A DNA stretch of 5,982 bases from Octopus sinensis (taxonomy: Eukaryota). The stretch covers positions 1-5,982 of the forward strand of contig NW_021829441.1 of assembly GCF_006345805.1 (NCBI RefSeq). Direction: 5' to 3'. Under the pieces are notes generated by a model. That model was not told where the DNA came from. It did no database searches and saw only the letters and a list, made by a program, of their open reading frames with translations. Both the position numbers and the translations under genes were made by a program. Within the stretch, counting starts at the first letter, position 1. The number at the start of each line of letters is the position of its first letter. Of the stretch, positions 1-5,982 are shown in pieces.

Positions 1-696
1 GCCGCCCGCCATCATCATCATCAATCACCCACACCGCCGCCCGCCATCATCATCCCCAACACCGCCGCCGCCCGCCATCATCATCACCACCACCCCACCG
101 CCGCCATCATCATCATCATCACCACCACCACCGCCGTTCCCACCATCATCTCTTCCCACCACCGCCACGCCGCTATCATCATCATCAATCATCACCCCAC
201 CACCCCTCCGACGCCATCATCATCATCATCATCATTACCACCACCGCCGCCGACGCCATCATCATCATCATCACCACCACCGCCGCCGTCCACCATCATC
301 ATCATCATCATCATCAGCATCACCACCACCACCGCCGCCCGCCATCATCATCACCACCACCCCACCGCCGCCATCAACATCATCATCACCACCACCGCCG
401 CCGTCCACCATCATCATCTCCACCACCGCCACCACCTCCGACGCCATCATCATCATCACCACCACCACCACCTCCGACGCCATCATCATCATCATCACCA
501 CCACCGCCGCCCACCATCATCATCATCATCATCATCATCATCACCACCACCACCGCCGTCCGCCATTATCATCATCATCATCATCACCACTACCACCGCC
601 GTCCGCCATCATCATCGTCACCACCACCACCGCCGTCCGCTATCATCATCACCACCACCACCACCGCCGCCGCTTGCCATCATCATCATCATCATC
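1..696. repeat. Compound trinucleotide array (CAT)n/(CAC)n/(CGC)n with loose higher-order units
   Basis: Alternating runs of CAT, CAC and CGC triplets. Blocks such as ACCACCTCCGACGCCATCATCATCATC recur (about 431-457 and 467-493). The array runs off the left edge of the window. Confidence 0.97.
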
Positions 697-997
697 TACA
701 ACTGCAAATACATCCTATAAGTTCAGTCCAGGACAATTATGTCAGATAACAACCAACGCCGCTGGTTTCCCTTTTTCGCCATTTTTATTTCTCCATTTTC
801 TTTTATATTTTCATTTTCTTTTCCTTAATTTTTTCCTTTTTTGCGACTGGAGGCAGACGGGGGTGTCATTGAAGGGGGTGGGGGCCATTGGATCGCTTAT
901 TCGTCTCTTGTTTTTTTACCATTTGTTTTTGTTACTTTTGTTGTTTTCTCTTTTATTCAAAAAATCCAAGGAAGAAATTTTTTTTGTTTTTTATTTT

Positions 998-1209
998 CTT
1001 GTTTCAAATATTTGACTGCGACCAGGCTGGAGCACCACTCTGAAGAATTCTAGTCGAATAATTCTATCCCTGGGCTTATTTCTTTTTATGCTATCGGTCT
1101 ATTTTGCCGAATCACTAAATTACGGGGATGTAAACGCACAAACACCAGTTGTCAGGCGATGGGGTGGGGACAAACACTAACGCAAAGGCACAAATAATAC
1201 ACATATATA
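998..1209 (-). mobile_element. 5'-truncated (headless), diverged 3' half of the tRNA-derived SINE family
   Basis: Collinear with 2243-about 2500 of the full copy: CTTGTTTCA..ATTTGACTGCG.CCA.GCTGGAGCACC, CTATCGGTCT.TTTTGCCGAA, TTGTCA.GC.ATG...GGACAA, ending in a CA/TA-rich tract. It has an internal deletion where the full copy carries the direct repeat GTACTTATTCT (2307-2317 and 2330-2340). No tRNA head is present. Confidence 0.9.
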
Positions 1210-1345
1210 GTTCAAATTTACAGGAAAACAAAACACAAAGACAGGTGTATAAACAACAAACAGGTGTATAAGTTTAATGCTCAGGAAGATGAGAAAGTCT
1301 TTTACTTTGCGACCTACGCTTCTTCAACAGAAAAGAACACGAGAA
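1210..1345 (-). repeat. Probable dispersed-repeat fragment containing a 12-bp direct repeat; family uncertain
   Basis: ACAGGTGTATAA occurs at 1241-1252 and 1260-1271. The segment resembles an octopus interspersed repeat as I recall it, but this is unverified. Confidence 0.4.
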
Positions 1346-1395
1346 AATAATCGGAAAGATAAAAGATCTTTTGAAGTTAGCGTCAACATATTATC

Positions 1396-1401
1396 TATAT
1401 A

Positions 1402-1444
<43 letters not shown>

Positions 1445-1445
1445 T

Positions 1446-1476
<31 letters not shown>

Positions 1477-1508
1477 TCTATATATATATATATAATATAT
1501 ATATATCC

Positions 1509-1539
<31 letters not shown>

Positions 1540-1600
1540 ATATTACATTATATAATATATATAATATATATAATATATATTTATATTTATATATTTATAA
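1396..1600. repeat. Interrupted (TA)n microsatellite
   Basis: About 200 bp of near-pure TA with single-base interruptions. Confidence 0.98.
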
Positions 1601-1826
1601 TAAGTGTAGGTGGTATACGAGTGGGTATATATTTATATATTTAACTGCTGGCAATTCCAACCACCAAAGTCACTACTACTACGACCAACAATCACTGCTA
1701 CTACTGCTATTTCGGCCACTGGTCATTTTCCAAACTTTAGTCAACACACAAGACAGCTATTATGCGCCCCCCACCCCACCAAAAAAAGCCACCACGTGTA
1801 AGAGAGCGGATAAGACTAGATGACCG

Positions 1827-2212
1827 TGGTTTCTGGGTTTTCACACGTCATCTGTACTATATGCCTGCTAGAGATGGCAGTCGTTCATCCCTACTCACAA
1901 TATACAAACAGAGAAGCGGCAGACAGTTATTGATCTCGTAACGAACAAAATGGCAGGCTCCAAAATCTCTAAACAAGATATAAGTTGTAACGATACTAGA
2001 CAATAACGTTTTTTGCAACTACAACATGGCTGTTCTGTAAAGAATTATGTTACTACATTTTAACCTCAGGAAAACCTCTTTGCCAGTTGGTAAACGACAC
2101 ACAGCCTGTGTCTGATATATTGTGAGTAAGGGAACGAAGCATTTCTCTCCAGCTTGACAAGACCAGTAGAGCATGGTTTCTGGGTTTTCCCCTTCATCGA
2201 TACTGGACACCT
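1827..2212. repeat. First copy of a local diverged duplication plus the start of the second copy; contains an imperfect inverted repeat
   Basis: TGGTTTCTGGGTTTTC is exact at 1827-1842 and 2174-2189. 1863-1908 resembles 2675-2720. 2001-2065 aligns to 2725-2791 at 57/67 columns. Inverted arms lie at 1881-1913 and 2106-2137, with a perfect 13-bp core TACTCACAATATA (1892-1904) / TATATTGTGAGTA (2116-2128). Confidence 0.8.
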
Positions 2213-2678
2213 ACCTCTTTTACTCTCTCTTTTACTCTTTTACTTGTTTCAGTCATTTGACTGCGGCCATGCTGGAGCACCGCCTTTAATCGAGCAACTC
2301 GACCCCGTACTTATTCTTTTGTAAGCCCAGTACTTATTCTATCGGTCTCTTTTGCCGAACCGCTAAGTAACAGGGACATAAACACACCAGCATCGGTTGT
2401 CAAGCAATGCTAGGAGGACAACACATACACACAAACACACATACACACCACCACACACACACCACACACACACACACATATATATAATATATATTATATA
2501 TATATATACATATATACGACGGGCTTCAGTTTCCGTCTACAAATCCACTCACAGGCATTGGTCGGGGGCCCGAGGCTATAGTAGAAGACACTTGTGCCCA
2601 AGGTGCCACGCAGTGGGACTGAACCCGAACCATGTGGTTGGTAAACAAGCTACTTACCACACAGCCACTCCTGCGCCT
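2213..2678 (-). mobile_element. Full-length tRNA-derived SINE (octopus-type, with a CORE-like segment after the head)
   Basis: The minus strand begins AGGCGCAGGAGTGGCTGTGTGGTAAG. Pol III A box TGGCTGTGTGG (2667-2657) and B box GGTTCAGTCCC (2625-2615) are 31 nt apart. These are followed by CCTTGGGC(AC)AAGTG, which resembles the CORE motif CCTTGGGCAAGT, then an internal TA/TG microsatellite (about 2421-2516), a 3' module, and a short-repeat tail GAAACAAG(TAAAAGAG)n at about 2214-2250. Confidence 0.93.
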
Positions 2679-2725
2679 GCTAGAGATAGCAATCAATCGC
2701 TCCTATTCACAATATATAAAGTGGC

Positions 2726-2846
2726 AGTAACGTTTTTTTTGCCACTATAACATGACTGTTCTATAAAGGACCATGTTACTACATTTTAACCCCAGTAGAC
2801 CATGTTTTGTAGATCAGCCATTTTATAGTGGCAAAAAAACGCTACT
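2726..2846. mobile_element. MITE-like element, 121 bp, with about 25-bp terminal inverted repeats
   Basis: The left arm 2726-2750 reads AGTAACGT8GCCACTATAA. The reverse complement of 2823-2846 reads AGTAGCGT7GCCACTATAA, i.e. 1 mismatch and 1 indel. The 72-bp interior is non-coding. No clear TSD. Confidence 0.65.
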
Positions 2847-2857
2847 ATATATGTGTT

Positions 2858-2888
<31 letters not shown>

Positions 2889-3070
2889 ATGTGTGTATGT
2901 GTGTGTGTCTTTGCGTCTGTGTTTGTCCCCCCGATGTTAGTGTGTTTATGCCTCCGTTACTTAGGGGTTCAGCAAAAGAGACTACTAGAATAAGTACTAG
3001 GCTTCGACTTAAACGCTTTAGGGCGGTGATCCAGCATGGCCGCAGTCAAATGACTTAAACGTGTAAAGGA
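2847..3070 (+). mobile_element. Headless 3' half of the same SINE family, inverted relative to the full copy
   Basis: It starts in a (TA)(TG)n tract. 2931-3002 matches the reverse complement of 2325-2396 at 61/72, and 3022-3060 matches the reverse complement of 2246-2284 at 37/39. There are two internal deletions relative to the full copy. Confidence 0.93.
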
Positions 3071-3080
3071 ATAGATATAG

Positions 3081-3216
3081 CTCTCTCTCTTTCCCTCTCT
3101 CTCTCTCTCCCACACCCTCTCTCTCCCACACCCTCTCTCTCCCACACCCTCTCTCTCCCATACCCTCTCTCTCCCATACCTCCCCCCTCTCCCTCCCCCT
3201 CTCTCTTCTCCCTCTC
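3081..3216. repeat. (CT)n polypyrimidine tract containing a 16-bp minisatellite CCCA(C/T)ACCCTCTCTCT, about 4.5 copies
   Basis: Units start at 3109, 3125, 3141, 3157 and 3173. The first three read CCCACAC and the last two read CCCATAC. Confidence 0.95.
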
Positions 3217-3281
3217 ATCGTCCGATTACTCTCTCAGCGTTGGTATTTCTCCCTGCCCTGTCGTATACGTTTTATGTCACG

Positions 3282-3484
3282 TTTATATTCCAATGTCGGC
3301 CCTGGATACTTTTTGGTTGGTATTGTTGGGGGTTAACTCCCGCCATAAACATCGAACCCATGCGGGGCGGACTTAGAGGGACGGAGGTGGAAGTGATTGG
3401 CGAATTGGTTGCAAAGCAGATGATGCGATCTTTGTGGAGTTCGAAGAATGAGCTTCCTTTGGCCAATGCAATAATGGTTATTGG
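3282..3484 (-). promoter_or_regulatory. Promoter-like motif island (CCAAT cluster, GC box, TATA)
   Basis: CCAAT/ATTGG at 3290-3294, 3396-3400, 3404-3408, 3463-3467 and 3480-3484. GC box GGGGCGGAC at 3364-3372. Minus-strand TATAAA at 3287-3282. TCCCGCCA at 3338-3345. Motif matching only. Confidence 0.35.
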
Positions 3485-3516
3485 TGTATTTGACCGAGAA
3501 TGGCTGAAGAGAATGG

Positions 3517-3674
3517 GACGACGACGACGACGACGGCGAAGAAGCAGAAGCAGAAGAAGAGGAAGACGATGATGATGATGATGATGAAGATGATGATGAT
3601 GATGATGATAATGGTGATGATGATGATGATGATGAAGAAGATGATGATGATGATGATGATGATAATGAAGAAGA

Positions 3675-3706
<32 letters not shown>

Positions 3707-3804
3707 CTGGTGATGATGATGATGATGATGGAGAAGAGGATGATGATGATGATGATGATGATGAAGAAGAAGATAATGATGATGAAGAAGAAGAAGAAAA
3801 AGAA

Positions 3805-3839
<35 letters not shown>

Positions 3840-3859
3840 CGGCGGCGTCGACGACGATA

Positions 3860-3893
<34 letters not shown>

Positions 3894-3979
3894 CAGTCAT
3901 CATCATGATGACAATGATGATGATTATGATGATGAAGATAGAGACTACCATTATGATGATGATGATGATGATGATGATG
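3517..3979. repeat. Compound trinucleotide array (GAC)/(GAA)/(GAT)n with GGT and GAA interruptions
   Basis: A (GAC) run, then GCAGAA/GAA, then long (GAT)n tracts. This is the source of the poly-Met and poly-Ile ORFs. Confidence 0.97.
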
Positions 3980-4145
3980 CTATCCATCATTGCACACCCA
4001 CGCAACTGACCACCCCCATCCCCCGACACCTCCCTATATAAATATCCTCTTTTATTTCACTTCACTTTTTTGTTCTTCTCAAATCCTAGAAAATTTGGAC
4101 AATCAAATTAAATGGAGCCTAATTTCCGCTGTCTTTCTTTTCATC

Positions 4146-4329
4146 TTGTTGTTGTTGTTGCGGTGGAGAGGTTGTGATGGTGATGGTGGTGGTGGTGGTC
4201 GTGGTGGTGGTGGTAGTGATAAATATGTTACGGTTGTAGTAATTGTTGTTGTTGCTGTTGTTGGTGGATGAGGTGGCGATGATGATGGCGGTGGTGGCGG
4301 TAGTGGTGATGAGGATGATGTTGATGATA

Positions 4330-4369
<40 letters not shown>

Positions 4370-4812
4370 CGATGATGATCATGGTGATGATAATGGTTGT
4401 GGTGGGGGTGATAGTAGTTGTATTGATGTATATGTTGATGGCAGATGTGAGAAACTTATTGCAACAGCTGCAGCAGCAGCAGCAGCAGTAGTAGCAGTAG
4501 TAGTAGTAGTAGTAGTAGTAGTAGTTGTTGTTGTTGTTGTTACTGTTGCTGCTGCTATTGTTGTTATAGTGGTGATGGCGGCGTCGGCGGTGGTGGTGGT
4601 GGTTGTGGTGGTGGTGGTGGTGGTGGTGGTGGTGGTGGTGGTGGTAGTGGTGGTGGTGGTGGTGGTGGTGGTGGTGGTGGTGGTTATGACAACAGCAACG
4701 TTGGTGGTGGTGATGTTGGTACTGGTGTTGTCAGTTGGTACTGGTGATAGTGTTGCTGCTGCTGTTGTTGTTGTTACTGTTGTTCTTGTTCTTGTTGTTT
4801 TTGATAATGATT
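4146..4812. repeat. Compound trinucleotide array GTT/GGT/GAT/GCA/GTA/GCT
   Basis: Successive runs including (GAT)n at about 4333-4368, (GCA)n-(GTA)n-(GTT)n at about 4470-4541, and (GGT)n at about 4587-4684. Confidence 0.96.
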
Positions 4813-4972
4813 ACGAAGATTGTTATACGCTACAAGGACATATGATGAAGTGGTAACAAAGTTTGGGTGTTTACATAAAAACTAGATGAGGATAAATAAA
4901 GCCGGAACGAGACTCTTAAAAAAACATATTTTGTACAAGTATTTGAAAGATACTGTCCTCCTGACACAGAAG

Positions 4973-5337
4973 GAGCTCCAGCTAGAGCCATTCAAAGTTC
5001 CCCAGAAATCGAACATCCCCCTGAACACCAAGGCTGAGTACCTTTTCCTAATTTTTGTTCTACGATCTGTGGGCATGTTTACAGTAATACGATCCACACT
5101 TACTATGTTAGCCATTGATATGCACTTTTTGACAAATCCAGTGAAGAAAACCAGGCCCTATCACCCTCACTTTCTTTTTGCAGGTGCAGTTTAAAAACGA
5201 AATGAGCTCCAGCTGGGGTCATTCAAGCTACCCCACAGATCCAACATTACCCTAAACACCAAAGTTTTCGTACTTTCTGTTCTATGATTTATGTGTGCAT
5301 GCTTAGAATAGTGCGATCCACACTTATTATTTTAACC
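4973..5337. repeat. Diverged tandem duplication, about 140-bp homologous block, 231-bp period
   Basis: GAGCTCCAGCT starts at 4973 and 5204. 4973-5035 vs 5204-5266 match at 49/63. CGATCCACACTTA is exact at 5090-5102 and 5314-5326. Copy 2 has a net 7-bp deletion. Confidence 0.92.
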
Positions 5338-5645
5338 GGCGAGGACTTGACCGGAGTGGAAAACGTCTGTACTTAATCTTTCAGCCTTGTCTACCACACA
5401 AACTCTTTTGAGATAGCTACTAAACAGGGGGAAAAGTGCTTAACCGATTAACAGAGGGAAGTTCGACAAACTTTACAACGGATTTGGATCTGCTGGCCTA
5501 TAGAGAAGCGGTTACCAATCGTTTTGTGCATCACGGACTCCTTTCACGCAAGACAATTTTCCCGCGGGCCTTCGGATTACCAACATAACAAAACACAATG
5601 AAGTACATTATATATTATTTAATTATTCCATATAGTGGGAGTAGT

Positions 5646-5766
5646 CTCTTCGCCGGTCTGCAATTGTTTGTGAAGAGTGCCTCTCAGAGCTGGTTCGGCC
5701 GGCTGCGAGATCCTCCCAGGAATTGGTGTTGATGCCAAGTGCCTTCATGCCCCTCCTGCACACGTC
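5646..5766 (-). mobile_element. Relic of an RTE-clade (RTE/BovB-like) LINE ORF, post-RT C-terminal region, frameshifted
   Basis: Hand translation gives DVCRRGMKALGINTNSWEDLAAGRTS, then a +1 frameshift (TCTG at 5688-5685 where the Trp codon is expected), then RGTLHKQLQTGEE. This matches the RTE C-terminal pattern KDVCKRDMKAL.I...SWEDLAADR..WR..L...L..GEE as I recall it. The ORF track misses it because it lacks an ATG-led frame of sufficient length. Confidence 0.85.
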
Positions 5767-5769
5767 ACG

Positions 5770-5826
5770 TTATTATTATCATCATCATCATCATCATCAT
5801 CATCATCGTCATCATCATCATCATCG

Positions 5827-5873
<47 letters not shown>

Positions 5874-5982
5874 GTCATCATCATCATCGTCATCATCGTC
5901 ATCATCATCATCACATCGTCATCATCATCATCGTCATCATCGTCATCATCGTCATCATCGTCATCATCGTCATCATCGTCAT
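5770..5982. repeat. (ATC)n microsatellite turning into a 9-bp higher-order repeat (TCGTCATCA)n
   Basis: (TAT)3, then (CAT)n with sporadic CGT. From 5931 the CGT recurs every 9 bp for about 5.8 copies. The array runs off the right edge. Confidence 0.97.

Noticed and set aside
271-504. Minus-strand ORF rich in Met/Val/Gly/Asp
   Set aside because: It is a translation of the CAT/CAC/CGC array, with no unique sequence.
674-1053. Two plus-strand ORFs with Phe-rich, membrane-like stretches
   Set aside because: The hydrophobicity comes from T-rich low-complexity DNA, and the ORFs run into a SINE fragment.
1277-1801. ORFs 1277-1495 and 1610-1801
   Set aside because: The first is a (TA)n translation (poly-IY). 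The second is short, with no recognisable domain or splice support.
1827-2189. 16-bp direct repeat read as a TSD or CRISPR-like repeat
   Set aside because: Homology extends beyond the 16-mer, so it is part of a larger duplication. There are only two exact copies, in a eukaryotic context.
2600-2678. Possible tRNA gene
   Set aside because: It has A and B boxes and partial acceptor pairing but no proper cloverleaf, and it continues directly into the SINE body, so it is a SINE head.
2397-3058. ORFs 2397-2750 and 2828-3058 (His/Thr-rich and Cys/Val-rich)
   Set aside because: These are chance frames through SINE sequence and CA/TG microsatellites; the metallothionein-like CVC pattern is (TG)n.
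3240-3572. 110-aa ORF with a protamine-like Arg tail
   Set aside because: The Arg run comes from GAC/GAA repeats read off-frame, and the rest matches nothing I recognise.
3478-4856. Poly-Met, poly-Ile, poly-Val and poly-Gln ORFs
   Set aside because: These are stop-free frames of trinucleotide arrays on both strands.
5171-5189. Strong splice-acceptor-like TTTCTTTTTGCAG/G
   Set aside because: All three downstream frames hit stops within about 70 nt, and I found no convincing donor. It could only be a non-coding or terminal exon, which is unsupported here.
5340-5600. Unique sequence with an acceptor-like CTTAATCTTTCAG and short open frames
   Set aside because: The frames I translated close quickly or give no recognisable peptide.

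Overview
This is repeat-rich, non-coding eukaryotic DNA. It is most likely from an octopus (coleoid cephalopod), judged from my recollection of the SINE family it carries; no database search was run. Roughly 40% is simple or compound microsatellite (CAT/CAC/CGC, TA, CT, GAT/GGT/GTT/GCA), and these arrays explain almost every ORF in the track. Recognisable elements: (1) one full-length tRNA-headed SINE on the minus strand (2213-2678); (2) two headless 3' halves of the same family (998-1209 minus, 2847-3070 plus); (3) a short frameshifted RTE-clade LINE ORF relic (5646-5766 minus); (4) a 121-bp MITE-like element with about 25-bp TIRs inside a locally duplicated, inverted-repeat-rich block (1827-2846); (5) a diverged 231-bp-period tandem duplication (4973-5337); (6) a CCAAT/GC-box/TATA promoter-like island (3282-3484). 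I see no intact protein-coding gene and no convincing new biological system. The best leads are structural: an inverted SINE pair that could form dsRNA, a SINE insertion site that can be reconstructed from a neighbouring paralog, and codon-like divergence in the 231-bp duplication.
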